From a virus: 64,000 bases of DNA. Position numbers and translations under genes: made by a program. The notes under the pieces are model-generated. The model had not been told where the DNA came from and made no database searches. It saw nothing but the letters and a program-made list of their open reading frames with translations. Of this stretch, positions 17,779-29,557 are shown piece after piece; position 1 is the stretch's first letter, and each line of letters begins with the position of its first letter. The stretch is from the IMG/VR virus record IMGVR_UViG_3300047476_000982, positions 64,001 to 128,000 of that record. One strand, 5' to 3'.

Positions 17779-19529
17779 GTCTTACTAGAAATTTAGTAAA
17801 TGATAAATTAAATATAAATACTACATCTGCAAAAGGTTTAGAAAAAGCTATTGCAGCAATCGCTACATTTGTAATTAATGCTCAAAGTAAAACAGATGGC
17901 ATAATTTATGGAAAATATGCACTAAATGAAGATCAAGGGAATTTAATTACAAGAGCATTTGATAAAGGAATTATTTATATATTAGAAAGAATTTCAACAG
18001 TAGATTTTTGTAATTTAATTAATTATTTAATAAACCAAATACCTGGAGGTAAACCTTTTAATCCAGCAGATCCAATACCTTCTGATCCTATAGCTAGAAA
18101 AAAATGGCAATTACAAAAATTAGCTTTTGATATACAAAAAATAATTGATGGATATTTTGCAAGTTATGGTGATGCAAATAATCCAGAAAGTAGATTAGGC
18201 TTATACAATCTTATTCAAAGTATAAGAAATAATTTTACTGGATTAATAGACACTTTAAATGATCCTGAGATAAGAGAAGCATTTCCTGAGGTTTCTATAG
18301 TCTCTAATTTTATTACAGATAAATTAAGCTATTTTGATAAATACGGAAGTGTTAATGCTATTCCTATTGAAGAAGTTCAAAAAATTATATCTGTAGTAGA
18401 AAAAACAAGAGCTATTTGTGCTACTGTCCAAGCTATTAATACTCCTGCTGCATTATTAGCAAATGCTGATTTTCTTTTAGGCGGACAAATACAAGAAGAA
18501 ATAGCTAGATTAAATAGAGAAATACCAGTAGAGAAAATCATACCTGTTTTAAAAAATTTATTAAAACAAGCTAAAAATGTTTCTTCAATTGCCCAAAAAA
18601 TTGTTTCATATATAAATAGTTCAAGAGTTTTTATACGTTTATTTTTAATACTTTTAAAGGTATTTTATATACTAAGAAAATTCCTTTTTGGTATCCCTAT
18701 TCCAAATGTGTATACAACTTCTGGTGTTACTACACTTTTATCTAATATAAATGAAGATGTTGTTGGAGCAAAAGGAATAGATAAACTTGTAAAAAGACTT
18801 CAACAAATAAATTTTGTTCTAAATTTAATTGCTATTTTTGCAACTTCTCTTGTTGCTGGTATGCAAATTATAATAGATAGATTAAATATAATACTTAATA
18901 ATTTAGAAGCTTGCTCAAATGTAGAAGAAGAAATTAAAAAAGAAATTGAAGATACAATAAATTCACTAGAAAATTCTATTACCCCACTAAGAAATTTTTT
19001 AGATCAATTTAATTCAAGATCAGAAAGAGCATTAAGAAATATAGGAGATTATAATATAGAAATAATTTCAGAATCTACTGTAGATGAAGGAATATCAATT
19101 AGAAGAAGATATGGAATTGCAAGAGATACTAATGGATATGTAGTGGTACAATCCAATCCTACTTTTGCATCTTTAGATTTAATAATAATAAATGAGGTAA
19201 AATTTTTATTATATTCTAAAGGTTTAATAAAATCTAATATACCGTCTTTATCACCTAGTGATTTAGCTATAGTATTAGAATCTACAAGATTTCTTGATGA
19301 AGATGAAGTATCATTAGGAGATTTAGATACCAATTTGGATGGTGTAGGATCTATTTTTGAAGAAAATAAAGAATTAGGAATTTCTTCATTTGTTGATAAT
19401 CTCCAAGGAGGTAAAGCTCTTAAAAAGAGGGTTAGAAGCGCACTAGCCAAACAAAATCAAAATCTTACAAGTGACTTAAATTCAGTTGATCCTAACTCAA
19501 AATATAAATCAAACATAATTAAACAGTAA
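17775..19529 (+). CDS. Large helical structural/hypothetical protein
   Basis: 584 aa in structural operon; hydrophobic IPIP segment mid-protein. Confidence 0.5.
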   Translation: MSLTRNLVNDKLNINTTSAKGLEKAIAAIATFVINAQSKTDGIIYGKYALNEDQGNLITRAFDKGIIYILERISTVDFCNLINYLINQIPGGKPFNPADPIPSDPIARKKWQLQKLAFDIQKIIDGYFASYGDANNPESRLGLYNLIQSIRNNFTGLIDTLNDPEIREAFPEVSIVSNFITDKLSYFDKYGSVNAIPIEEVQKIISVVEKTRAICATVQAINTPAALLANADFLLGGQIQEEIARLNREIPVEKIIPVLKNLLKQAKNVSSIAQKIVSYINSSRVFIRLFLILLKVFYILRKFLFGIPIPNVYTTSGVTTLLSNINEDVVGAKGIDKLVKRLQQINFVLNLIAIFATSLVAGMQIIIDRLNIILNNLEACSNVEEEIKKEIEDTINSLENSITPLRNFLDQFNSRSERALRNIGDYNIEIISESTVDEGISIRRRYGIARDTNGYVVVQSNPTFASLDLIIINEVKFLLYSKGLIKSNIPSLSPSDLAIVLESTRFLDEDEVSLGDLDTNLDGVGSIFEENKELGISSFVDNLQGGKALKKRVRSALAKQNQNLTSDLNSVDPNSKYKSNIIKQ

Positions 19530-19554
19530 TTTACAAGTAAAATATTTATAAGAT

Positions 19555-19995
19555 ATGGGACAAGTAGACCAATTAAGGAAATTAATTAGAGAAGAGCTTA
19601 GAGCGGTTCTTAAGGAGGAGCTTCCTAAACTATTAAGTGAGGTTAAGAAAACTCCTATGGCAGATCCTAAAAAAAGCTTACAGGAGCAGGTAAAATCAAA
19701 AATACCTGGAACTTTAAATACTCAAACTCCTAAACCTATTAAATTTGCAGGAAATAATCCTATGGCAGCATTTTTAAATGATACCGCCCAAACTATGTTA
19801 AATGAGGATTTTAATATGACCTCTGATAGTGTGCATCCAGGACTTGCTTTTCAACCTAAAGAAGTTAAAGTTGGTAGTATAGAAGGAATGCTAGGAACGG
19901 CTAGACCAAGCTCAAATTTAGATGCAGTACAAATAAATGAAGTTCCTGACTTTAGTGCTTTAATGGGAAAACTTAAAGAGCAAGGACAAATATAA
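19555..19995 (+). CDS. Hypothetical protein (LRKLIREE N-terminal motif)
   Basis: Preceded by ATATTTAT at 19542-19549. Confidence 0.55.
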   Translation: MGQVDQLRKLIREELRAVLKEELPKLLSEVKKTPMADPKKSLQEQVKSKIPGTLNTQTPKPIKFAGNNPMAAFLNDTAQTMLNEDFNMTSDSVHPGLAFQPKEVKVGSIEGMLGTARPSSNLDAVQINEVPDFSALMGKLKEQGQI

Positions 19996-20408
19996 TGGCA
20001 TACGGATTAAAACAAATATCACCATTAGATTTAAAACCTTCAACAGCAATTGGAGTAAAAATACCTTTTGACGCTGAAAATGTATTCTCATCTGTATATA
20101 CTACGAAAGATCAATTAAAATATAATATAATAAATTATCTCTTAACAGATCCTGGTGAAAGAGTTTTTAATCCAACTTTTGGAGCCGGACTTAGAGCTAG
20201 ATTATTTGAACAAATAGATGAACAAAGTTTTGAAGAAATAGAACAATCTATAAGAACACAAATGGAAAATCAGTTTCCTCAAATACAAATAGTTAATTTA
20301 AATGTAGTTCCTAGCCCTGATTATAATTCTATAAATATAAAATTTAGTTACAGATTATTAACTTCAAATGAAAATGATTCAGTTATATTAACTGTTCAAA
20401 ATATGTAA
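19995..20408 (+). CDS. gp25: Baseplate wedge protein gp25-like (GPW/gp25)
   Basis: NIINYLLTDPGERVFNPTFGAGLRARLFE hallmark. Confidence 0.88.
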   Translation: MAYGLKQISPLDLKPSTAIGVKIPFDAENVFSSVYTTKDQLKYNIINYLLTDPGERVFNPTFGAGLRARLFEQIDEQSFEEIEQSIRTQMENQFPQIQIVNLNVVPSPDYNSINIKFSYRLLTSNENDSVILTVQNM

Positions 20409-20410
20409 AA

Positions 20411-22270
20411 ATGGCAACAAATATTGACATAAGATATTTAAATAAAGATTTTTCTACTTTCAAGTCAGATCTTATAGAATATGCAAGAGCATACTATCCT
20501 ACTGTATATAATGATTTTACACAGGCTAGTCCAGGTAGTATGTTCATAGATATGTCTTCTTATGTTGGAGATGTTCTTTCATTTTATTTAGATAATCAAA
20601 TCCAAGAAACTTTTTTACAATATTCAAAGCAAAAAAATAATTTATATACTTTAGCTTATATGTTAGGTTATAGACCTAAAATAACATCTGCTGCTATAGT
20701 AAATCTTGATGTGTATCAACAAATACCAGCAGTTAATATAGGTGGTGGAGATGTTGGACCAGATTTTACTTATGCATTTACTTTAGAACAAGGAATGCAA
20801 GTTAGATCAAATGTAGATAATTCAGTAACATTTTATGTTCCTCAAAAAATTAATTTTGCCGCCTCTTCTTCATTAGATCCTACTACAGTTGAAGTATATA
20901 CTTTAAATGGTTCAAATGTGCCCACTTCTTATCTACTAAGAAAAACTGTACAAGCTATATCAGGATTAGTAAAAACTCAAAATTTTAGTTTTTCTGCACC
21001 GCAAAGATTTTCAACAATTACTATAAATGATAATTCAATAATTACAATATTAGATGCAAAAGATTCTGATGGTAATACTTGGTATGAGGTTCCTTATTTA
21101 GCGCAAGATTATATATTAAAACCTGTAGAAAATACTGCGGCTAATTATCCTTCACTATATCAATTTCAAAATCAAGTTCCTTATATGATACAGAAAATAT
21201 CTGTACCTAGAAGGTTTACATCTAGATTTAGATCTGATGGATCATTAGAAATAGAATTTGGTCCTGGTATTAATTCTGTTGCTGATACATCTGTGCTTCC
21301 AAATCCTAATAATGTAAGTGTAGGATTAACAGGTGGTGGTCTTAGCACTTTATCTAGTTCATTTGATCCAACAAATTTTGTAACAACACAAACTTATGGA
21401 TTAGCTCCAAAAAATACTACGATAACTTTTCAATATTTAGTAGGAGGGGGAGCAAAATCAAATGTTCTTTCTAATCAATTAACTCAAATAACTTCTTATA
21501 CACTATCAGGAAATTCTTCATTTGAAAATACTTTGATTGTAAATAATGCAGACCCTGCTTCAGGTGGAGGAGACGGAGATTCTGTTGATGAACTTAGAAT
21601 GAATATAGCCGCAGAGTTTCCTACTCAATATAGAGCAGTAACTCAAGAAGATTATTTAGCTAGAACACTTAGCATGCCTGCTCAATATGGCAAAGTTTCT
21701 AAAGCATATATAACTAAAGATGATGCTACATTTAATAATTACATGCAAGGAGACGTTAGTCAAAAAGATCAAGTTTTAGTTAGTCTATATGTACTAGGTC
21801 TTAATTCTACTAATAATTTAGCAAATCCTTCGCCAGCTTTACTTCAAAATTTACAGACATATCTTTCTGATTATAGAATGATGACAGATGCTGTTAATAT
21901 AAAACCCGCTTATATAATTAATATAGGATGTGACTTTGAAATTGTAATTAGACCTAATTATACAAGTCAAGATGTAATTGCTAGATGCATATTAGCACTA
22001 CAAAACTTTTTCAATATAAATAACTGGCAAATAAATGAACCTATTATATTAGGAGATGTTTATGCTTTATTAGATGTTGTTGAAGGCGTTCAAACTGTAA
22101 ATGATATAAGAATAGTAAATAAAACAGGAGAGGCTGATGGATATTCAAAATATTCTTATGATATCTCAGCTGGTACTTTGAACGGGGTGATATATCCGTC
22201 TTTAGATCCTTCTATATTTGAAGTAAAATATCCTAATACAGATATTCAAGGTCGTGTAGTAACAATGTAA
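20411..22270 (+). CDS. gp6: Baseplate wedge protein gp6-like / baseplate J family
   Basis: DFSTFKSDL...DFTQASPG.MFIDM.SYVGD..SFY.D, FGPG, GGGDGDSVDELR...Q.RAVTQEDY motifs. Confidence 0.85.
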   Translation: MATNIDIRYLNKDFSTFKSDLIEYARAYYPTVYNDFTQASPGSMFIDMSSYVGDVLSFYLDNQIQETFLQYSKQKNNLYTLAYMLGYRPKITSAAIVNLDVYQQIPAVNIGGGDVGPDFTYAFTLEQGMQVRSNVDNSVTFYVPQKINFAASSSLDPTTVEVYTLNGSNVPTSYLLRKTVQAISGLVKTQNFSFSAPQRFSTITINDNSIITILDAKDSDGNTWYEVPYLAQDYILKPVENTAANYPSLYQFQNQVPYMIQKISVPRRFTSRFRSDGSLEIEFGPGINSVADTSVLPNPNNVSVGLTGGGLSTLSSSFDPTNFVTTQTYGLAPKNTTITFQYLVGGGAKSNVLSNQLTQITSYTLSGNSSFENTLIVNNADPASGGGDGDSVDELRMNIAAEFPTQYRAVTQEDYLARTLSMPAQYGKVSKAYITKDDATFNNYMQGDVSQKDQVLVSLYVLGLNSTNNLANPSPALLQNLQTYLSDYRMMTDAVNIKPAYIINIGCDFEIVIRPNYTSQDVIARCILALQNFFNINNWQINEPIILGDVYALLDVVEGVQTVNDIRIVNKTGEADGYSKYSYDISAGTLNGVIYPSLDPSIFEVKYPNTDIQGRVVTM

Positions 22271-22282
22271 AAAAAATAAAAA

Positions 22283-23389
22283 ATGGCCGTATATAAAATA
22301 TTTGCATCTTCTGATACTACTTTATATTCAAGTAGTCCTGCTGCTAATGCTGGTCTTGATGAAATATTAGAAATATCAGTTAAAAATTCAGATAATCCAT
22401 CTAATTATTTTGTAGATCCAGTACCATCAGAACCTTTACTTCAAGATAATTTAAGAAGAGCAATTATATCTTTTTCAGATGTAGATATTGCTACATTAAA
22501 ATCTTTTACTACTGGATCTTGGAAAACTAATTTAAGGTTATTCTTAGCTACCGCTGAAAATTTAAATACAACTTACAGTTTAGAAGTAAGGCAAGTTTCT
22601 CAGTCTTGGCAAATGGGCACAGGCAAATTTGGAGATGAACCAGAAAATAGAAATGGTGCTTGTTGGTATAGTCCTAATCAATTTATAACCGCTTCTAATC
22701 AATGGGGAAATGGATCTTATTATTTAACTCCTGGTGGCGGTTCATGGACAAATGGTGCAGTTACTCAATCATTTGGATATTCTGATAGTAAAGATATAAA
22801 CGTAGACGTTAGTTCTATAGTTAACACTTGGTTTAGTGGTTCATATCCTAATTATGGATTTTTAATAAAACATCCAAATGTTATTGAACAAAACTCTGGT
22901 AGTTATATAGGGTTAAGTTTTTTCTCAGTTGATACCCATACTATTTATCCTCCAACATTAGAAATAAAATGGGATGATAGTTCATATTCTACAGGAAGTC
23001 TTTCTGTAATTAATAATACAGACAGTGTAATAACACTATCTAATAATTTAGATACTTACAAATACGGAACCGGAAAATATAAATTTAATATAAATGTAAG
23101 AGATAAATATCCGGTAAGAACTTTTACTACTTCTTCTTTATATACAACAAATAAAGCACTTCCACAAACATCTTATTGGGCTTTACAAGATGTAAAGACA
23201 AATGATATATTAATAGATTACGATACTACGTACACAAAGATTAGTTGTGATGGAACAAATAGTTATTTTAACTTATATATGAATGGATTAGAACCAGAAA
23301 GATATTATAAAATATTAATTAAAACTGTATTATCTGATGGTGAATCTTATGAAATAGACAATAACTTAATATTTAAAGTTACTAGATAA
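22283..23389 (+). CDS. Structural protein (DNRLRE-like domain)
   Basis: SDTTLYS...NAGLDEILE...NYGFLIK...FFS.DT.TIYPP.LEIKWDD. Confidence 0.5.
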   Translation: MAVYKIFASSDTTLYSSSPAANAGLDEILEISVKNSDNPSNYFVDPVPSEPLLQDNLRRAIISFSDVDIATLKSFTTGSWKTNLRLFLATAENLNTTYSLEVRQVSQSWQMGTGKFGDEPENRNGACWYSPNQFITASNQWGNGSYYLTPGGGSWTNGAVTQSFGYSDSKDINVDVSSIVNTWFSGSYPNYGFLIKHPNVIEQNSGSYIGLSFFSVDTHTIYPPTLEIKWDDSSYSTGSLSVINNTDSVITLSNNLDTYKYGTGKYKFNINVRDKYPVRTFTTSSLYTTNKALPQTSYWALQDVKTNDILIDYDTTYTKISCDGTNSYFNLYMNGLEPERYYKILIKTVLSDGESYEIDNNLIFKVTR

Positions 23390-23727
23390 TGACAAATATT
23401 GAATTAACAAAAGAAATATATGGTTTAAATACATATACAAAAGCTATTGATACAGATTTTGAAGAACTTATACCTCAAGAAACTCCTGTAACTTCTAGCA
23501 TTGTAACTGTAGATGAATTTTTTACTTATTATAATGATTTGTTTTTTGATATTCCTGTATCTGGATCTATAAATTCTCATACATATTTAGTTGAAACAAG
23601 TCAACAATATATAGGAGGTTCTGTACTTGATGCTGAAAAGCAAGCGCTTATAGAAGAAATAAATTCTTTAAGACAGCAAATACTAGATATAAATCAATCA
23701 TTAAATGATATAAACAATATAGTATAA
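23389..23727 (+). CDS. Hypothetical structural-operon protein
   Basis: Packed ORF with C-terminal coiled coil. Confidence 0.5.
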   Translation: MTNIELTKEIYGLNTYTKAIDTDFEELIPQETPVTSSIVTVDEFFTYYNDLFFDIPVSGSINSHTYLVETSQQYIGGSVLDAEKQALIEEINSLRQQILDINQSLNDINNIV

Positions 23728-26700
23728 TGGAATTAGTTAATATTGAATATAGCGGAAGAGGAAATGACTTAGGACAGCTATCTTCACAAGATAGATCTTT
23801 AGTCACAACTAATTTTATAAATACTTCTTTTGGAAATCCTAGTGATTATTTAGAACTTTTTATTTATGATGAAAATAACTTATTATTATTTTCTGATTAT
23901 AATGCATTTGATTATTATCCTTACTTATTAAATAATCCTCAAAATAATACGTACTCAGCTCTTTCTTTAGATCCTGAAAAAGATTTAAAAAATAGAGGGT
24001 TTTTTAGAGGGGATTTAAATATAAAATATAATTTTTATACAAAATTATTTAATTCTTCATTTGGTACTTACTATTGGATAAAAGAAATTTCTCCATCAAG
24101 AAAAGAAATAAAATTAGCATCTCAAACATTAAGTAATGATATTATAAGAGGGGGATTTCTTTCATACCAATCTTATATTGCTACTAAAAATTATTATCCT
24201 GTATTTTATTTAAATTTTGGAGAAAATCAAATTGTAGCTGCAAACAATGTTGCATATACAGAAGATGATGATGGCTCTTACTTAATAATAAAATTATATG
24301 AACCTTTACCTATTGAGTTTGGATTAAAATCTCAATTATGGATAATAGATAAAGTAGCAGAGTCAGTTAGTTTTAATGTATCTATTACTGTTGAGGCAGA
24401 AAATATACAAGAATTAAATAGATTAAGAGGACCTAACTTTAATGTTCAAATAAATGATAAAAACGGTCAGACTACACCATATTATAATTATAATAACTTA
24501 TTAGCTAGCCCTGTAAGTTCTTCATATCAAAAATTATTAAGTTACTATCAAGATAGATCAGTAGCTATAAATGTAGATTACACTAACTTTTCAAACTTTA
24601 TACATTTCTCAAGTGCAGTAGAAAGAGTAAATAATTTTGTTTATAAAGTAGGATTAATAGAACAATATAAAAATCAACAATATAGCCAATCTTTAGTAGC
24701 TGGTGGATCTGGGAATGTTACTTACGCTGTGAATTCTATAGATGTTTCTCAACAAGCTATAGATAATATAATAGAGAAATTTGATACTTATGAATATTTT
24801 TTATATTTTAATTCTTCAAGTTGGGCATGGCCTAAATCAAACTCAACACAACCATATCAATTATATTCAGTAACATCTTCTCAAGTTAGTAATTTTTTAG
24901 GTTCTGAAAATGCAGTTCCTACAGCTACTACACAATCTTTATTATTTAGTGCATCTTATTATGATTCTACTAATAAAGATCTACTTCATAATTCTATTCC
25001 TCAGTACTTATTAGATGATCCAAATAATCAATCTTTCATTACCTTTATGGATATGATTGGTCAGCACTTTGATAATATTTGGATATACTATAAAGATGTT
25101 TCTAATAGGTATAATGCTACAAATAATCCTGATACAGGAATATCATTAGACGTTGTTGGAGACGCTTTAAGAGGATTCGGTATTCAATTATATACAAATT
25201 CAAACATATCAGATAACCTCTATTATACATTGTTTGGATTGAATACAGATGGATCTTTATTACCTCCGACTGGTTCAGAAAAAATAACTGCAATTGGAGG
25301 AAATTATGTTACTTCAAGTTTAGAAACACTTTCTGCGAAAGAAATTCAGCAGGAATTATATAAAAGACTCTATCATAATTTACCGTACTTACTAAAAAGT
25401 AAAGGTACTGAAAGGGGTGTTAAGGCACTTATAAGTACATTTGGTATTCCTGATAATATTTTAACTGTTAGAGAATTTGGAGGAACTCCAATAGATTCTG
25501 TAGACGGTATATTTGATTTAGATTCTTCTGCTTATAAAGTTACTATTGTAACAGGAAGTAGTGGAAATGTTACTGGTAGTTTAACACTATCGTCATCATT
25601 ATTACATCCTGAAGCAAGTTTACAGTATTATCAAAATATTAATAGAATTAATACTACTAATATAGAAGTTGGATTTTCCCCAGCAGATACTATTAATGAC
25701 AATATAGTTTCATCTGAAGGATATTTTGATATAAACCAACTAATATCTTCTCCTGGATACCAATACTCTTCATCTTATTTGCCTCTTGATGATTTTAAAA
25801 ACACATACTTTAGTAATTATACTGAACCTAATAGTATTTGGGAGTATATAAGACTTATTAAGTTTTATAATAACTCTTTATTTAAAATGATTAAAGATTA
25901 TGTTCCTGCTAGATCAAATTTATCTACAGGCATAATAGTTAAATCTCATATGTTAGAGAGAAATAAATATGCTAGACATGAACCTAGTTCTAGTTTTAAT
26001 GATAATTACTCTCAATCTATAGATACTGCATTTATAAGTGGCTCATCTGCAGGATCTGTTATAGGATCTACTGCATTTACAGGAAGTATAATAACTCCAT
26101 CAGGATCTATACAATTTATAAGCTCAGATGGAATAGAAAAATATAATGGCGAATTTAGTGGTTCTACTATAATAGTTACAGATGGTCAAGCTCTTCCTCA
26201 ATTTGAAATATCACAACTTCCGTCTAGTTCTTTATATGTAACTTACTCATTAGGAGCACTTTATCAAAATGTTACACAATCTGTAAGATCTCAAATTCTT
26301 TTTGATTTAGATTATAATTCAGATCAAATAAAAGCAGTTAATTATGGAATAGTTACTAAATCTATGAATGATGCGCAAATAGATAATTATACAACATATA
26401 CTAATCCAAATAATCCTTATGCGTATGTTCAAGACTATAATTATAATTTAAAAAGATCTGTTATTCCTAGATATAGCGGATCTTATATACAAAGTGCACT
26501 ATATAATGTTTACACAGCAGGAGATATTTCTTATGGTAAAACAGCAACTATAGATAAGATAAAATATCAATATGCTTATTTAGTTGACATATATTCTGCG
26601 TCTTTTCAATTACCTCAAAGAGCTAACGCTCAAATTAAATATTTTATAGACAATAATGAAAATGTATTAGATTTAACTAAATTAAACACTAATATATTTA

Positions 26701-27824
26701 CTACTCAAAATGTATTTAAATCAGGAGAAACTTTAGACGTATCTTTATTTGATTACGATAATACAAATCCTTATATTCAAAAATTAACTAATAATAATAC
26801 ATTTACTATATATGAGGGTGGTTATAGATATAGTCCCACTCTATTTAATGTAGGAGGCAGTGGAAGTATGAATTATGTTTTAGACGAGCCTCTTCAAGTT
26901 GTTAGCTCAGTAACTGTGCCATCTACGACTCCTTTAAATCCTGGTGATACAAATTACTGGACTATAAATAATTCGGATTTAGATTTATATAAGCCTAATC
27001 CTTTTGCACCTTTAATACTATCTGTTACAGCAAGTTCTGTAGTAGGAGGTACTTCAACTGCAGCAGTAAATGTATCATTACAAATAAGAAATACATCGGC
27101 AAGAAATACTATTTATTATTCAGTTCCAGAATTTCAAATTCCATCTGGACTTTCTGTATATCAATTTAGTATAAATTTACCAAGTGGAGTATATTCTGAT
27201 TGGGTTGATGCAGATATAGTCGTTGTTAATAACTTATCAGAAGCTCAATTTAACCCAAATGGAGGAGGAACGGTTGACTCTGTAGAGTTTATAACAAGTG
27301 TAACAGATCAAGACACATGCTGGATTGCAATAGATCCAAGAAATATAAAAATGTCTCTTACGCAATCGGCATATTATGACGCTGGTTTTCTTTTCTCTGG
27401 TAGTTATCCAGGTATAGATACTCCTGTTTTTGATTTTACTTTAAATCAAATGGATTTATTAAGATTTTATAACACTGGAAGTGGATGGTCTATAAATTCT
27501 GAATATAGGGTGCTGTCCGTTCAACCATATATAGATTCGACTGGATCTTACTATAGTATAACTATTGATAGGGATCTTAATTTATCAGATACATCAGGAT
27601 CTTCTTATCCTGCAAAAATTTGTAAGTATATTATTTTAAAAAGATTACCAGATGAAACTAATGTTATATTAAATTATAATTTAGGAACTCCTATAACTCA
27701 AGACGGAGTGCTTTTCCCTCAATATATAGATCCTGTTGTAAGAGATAATTCTGGTAACGTGATTAAGTCATTAAGACAGCAAAATCTATTAGATCCAAAT
27801 ACAAATACATTAATTTTCCAATAA
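23727..27824 (+). CDS. Large baseplate wedge protein (gp7-like) with Ser/Thr-rich extensions
   Basis: FMDMIGQHFD...LPYLLKSKGTERGVKALISTFG (KGT motif of gp7/gpI-like wedge proteins); 1365 aa. Confidence 0.6.
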   Translation: MELVNIEYSGRGNDLGQLSSQDRSLVTTNFINTSFGNPSDYLELFIYDENNLLLFSDYNAFDYYPYLLNNPQNNTYSALSLDPEKDLKNRGFFRGDLNIKYNFYTKLFNSSFGTYYWIKEISPSRKEIKLASQTLSNDIIRGGFLSYQSYIATKNYYPVFYLNFGENQIVAANNVAYTEDDDGSYLIIKLYEPLPIEFGLKSQLWIIDKVAESVSFNVSITVEAENIQELNRLRGPNFNVQINDKNGQTTPYYNYNNLLASPVSSSYQKLLSYYQDRSVAINVDYTNFSNFIHFSSAVERVNNFVYKVGLIEQYKNQQYSQSLVAGGSGNVTYAVNSIDVSQQAIDNIIEKFDTYEYFLYFNSSSWAWPKSNSTQPYQLYSVTSSQVSNFLGSENAVPTATTQSLLFSASYYDSTNKDLLHNSIPQYLLDDPNNQSFITFMDMIGQHFDNIWIYYKDVSNRYNATNNPDTGISLDVVGDALRGFGIQLYTNSNISDNLYYTLFGLNTDGSLLPPTGSEKITAIGGNYVTSSLETLSAKEIQQELYKRLYHNLPYLLKSKGTERGVKALISTFGIPDNILTVREFGGTPIDSVDGIFDLDSSAYKVTIVTGSSGNVTGSLTLSSSLLHPEASLQYYQNINRINTTNIEVGFSPADTINDNIVSSEGYFDINQLISSPGYQYSSSYLPLDDFKNTYFSNYTEPNSIWEYIRLIKFYNNSLFKMIKDYVPARSNLSTGIIVKSHMLERNKYARHEPSSSFNDNYSQSIDTAFISGSSAGSVIGSTAFTGSIITPSGSIQFISSDGIEKYNGEFSGSTIIVTDGQALPQFEISQLPSSSLYVTYSLGALYQNVTQSVRSQILFDLDYNSDQIKAVNYGIVTKSMNDAQIDNYTTYTNPNNPYAYVQDYNYNLKRSVIPRYSGSYIQSALYNVYTAGDISYGKTATIDKIKYQYAYLVDIYSASFQLPQRANAQIKYFIDNNENVLDLTKLNTNIFTTQNVFKSGETLDVSLFDYDNTNPYIQKLTNNNTFTIYEGGYRYSPTLFNVGGSGSMNYVLDEPLQVVSSVTVPSTTPLNPGDTNYWTINNSDLDLYKPNPFAPLILSVTASSVVGGTSTAAVNVSLQIRNTSARNTIYYSVPEFQIPSGLSVYQFSINLPSGVYSDWVDADIVVVNNLSEAQFNPNGGGTVDSVEFITSVTDQDTCWIAIDPRNIKMSLTQSAYYDAGFLFSGSYPGIDTPVFDFTLNQMDLLRFYNTGSGWSINSEYRVLSVQPYIDSTGSYYSITIDRDLNLSDTSGSSYPAKICKYIILKRLPDETNVILNYNLGTPITQDGVLFPQYIDPVVRDNSGNVIKSLRQQNLLDPNTNTLIFQ

Positions 27825-27851
27825 CACATATTTATTTAAAAGCCCATTTAT

Positions 27852-28511
27852 ATGTCATATTTAAGTAGCACATCGGTAGTAGTAGATGCAATTCTTACGG
27901 CAAAGGGTCGAGAACTCTTAGCAAGAAACGATGGATCTTTCAGAATTACTCAATTTAGTTTAGCCGACGACGAGGTAGACTATACACTTTATAATCCAAA
28001 CCATCCTTCAGGATCTGCATTTTACGGAGAAGCAATTGAAGCTATGCCAATAATTCAAGCGTATCCTAATGATACAGAAATCATGAAGTATAAATTAATT
28101 ACTCTTCCTAGAGGAACTGCCAAGATCCCTGTATTAGATTTGGGATATTCTGCAATAACTATAAAACAAGGTGCTTCTTTAGCAATTACACCTCAAACAT
28201 TAAATTATTTAGGCGCAACATCTACATTTGAACAATCAGGATATGTAGCTACTATAGGAGATGTAAGAACTATGAGCTCTTTCAATGGTGTTGGAATTAA
28301 CACTCCTGAAGCAACTTCTTTAAATGCTACTACAACTATTGGAACAAATGTAAGTAAAACAGTTATAGGAACAACAATTAACTTGACTGCTACTACTGTT
28401 AATACTTTGTTTGGTTCTAACTCTTCTTTATATACTACATTAGTAGTTGTAGGTCGTGATTCTGGAGCTAGAATTTCTATACCTGTAACAATTATAAAAG
28501 TAAACTCATAA
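27852..28511 (+). CDS. Tail/baseplate-associated structural protein
   Basis: VVVDAILTAKGRELLA...ITQFSLADDEVDY resembles tail-collar/fibre N-termini. Confidence 0.5.
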   Translation: MSYLSSTSVVVDAILTAKGRELLARNDGSFRITQFSLADDEVDYTLYNPNHPSGSAFYGEAIEAMPIIQAYPNDTEIMKYKLITLPRGTAKIPVLDLGYSAITIKQGASLAITPQTLNYLGATSTFEQSGYVATIGDVRTMSSFNGVGINTPEATSLNATTTIGTNVSKTVIGTTINLTATTVNTLFGSNSSLYTTLVVVGRDSGARISIPVTIIKVNS

Positions 28512-28522
28512 TATATTAACAC

Positions 28523-29557
28523 ATGTCATTTACTAGATTAGACTCAACCGATTTTGTAGTATCATCAGATTCAGTTGTAGCACCAGCTTGGAGCAATAAT
28601 GTAACAGAATTAACTGCTTTTTATACCGCAAATCCTGCTACTACAGGTAGTTATTACATAGATATATATGATGGGAATACAAGTTCTCCATCTGCATCAA
28701 TTCAATTTTCAGTAGCATACGGTCATTATGCAGGATCAGGTTCTGCTCCATTAAATTCTTTAGTTACAGGCATCAGTCCTTCTAGAATTACTTTTGGTCA
28801 GTATAGAAATTTAATATATGGAGATGCAGAATCTCCTGTAAATTTTGGTAGTGGAAATACAAATTCTCCTGATTTAGTTGCTATTCAAATAGATAGAAAC
28901 AAATATAAAGAAAGTTTATTCCCTGGTACTTTTAATCTTGCATTATCTTCTGGTGGGTTTAAAATTTTTCTTACTGATGATTCTAATGATGTTAGCACAG
29001 TAACTTATTTAGATGGAGGAAGAGTATTTAATGTAGTATCTGGATCTAATGGTACTGCTCAAAATAGTCCTTTATTATCAGGAGCTTCAGCAAAAGGATA
29101 TACTGTTTCTGGAAGTTACGGATTATTTTTACCTGATATTGGATTGATCTTACTTAATCCAAGAGCCTTATCTTTAGCTAATAATGCTGGCGGATTAAAT
29201 ATTAATTTTAGTACAACTAATACAACTGCTGGTTCTACAACTAATCATAATTTAATTTATACAATTATAAATTCTGGGGCTTCATTTAAATTAAATTCTC
29301 AAGAAACCATATCATCAGATTATATTTTTGTTAGAATTAAAAATGGTGATTATAATTACACTACTAATCCATCATTTATTACAGGTTCTACGGGAGCTTT
29401 GATATATTCTAATTTTATTAATAGTCCTCAAACTTATCCAACTAGCGTAGGTTTGTACAATGATAATAATGAATTACTAGCTGTAGCTAAAATGTCAAAA
29501 CCTCTTACAAAAGACTTTACTAAAGAAGCATTAATAAGAGTTAAATTAGATTGGTAG
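28523..29557 (+). CDS. Tail/baseplate structural protein (intact paralog of split gene 29581+35429)
   Basis: C-terminal YNYTTNPSF...TSVGLYNDNNELLAVAKMSKP motif typical of tail-collar-like domains. Confidence 0.6.
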   Translation: MSFTRLDSTDFVVSSDSVVAPAWSNNVTELTAFYTANPATTGSYYIDIYDGNTSSPSASIQFSVAYGHYAGSGSAPLNSLVTGISPSRITFGQYRNLIYGDAESPVNFGSGNTNSPDLVAIQIDRNKYKESLFPGTFNLALSSGGFKIFLTDDSNDVSTVTYLDGGRVFNVVSGSNGTAQNSPLLSGASAKGYTVSGSYGLFLPDIGLILLNPRALSLANNAGGLNINFSTTNTTAGSTTNHNLIYTIINSGASFKLNSQETISSDYIFVRIKNGDYNYTTNPSFITGSTGALIYSNFINSPQTYPTSVGLYNDNNELLAVAKMSKPLTKDFTKEALIRVKLDW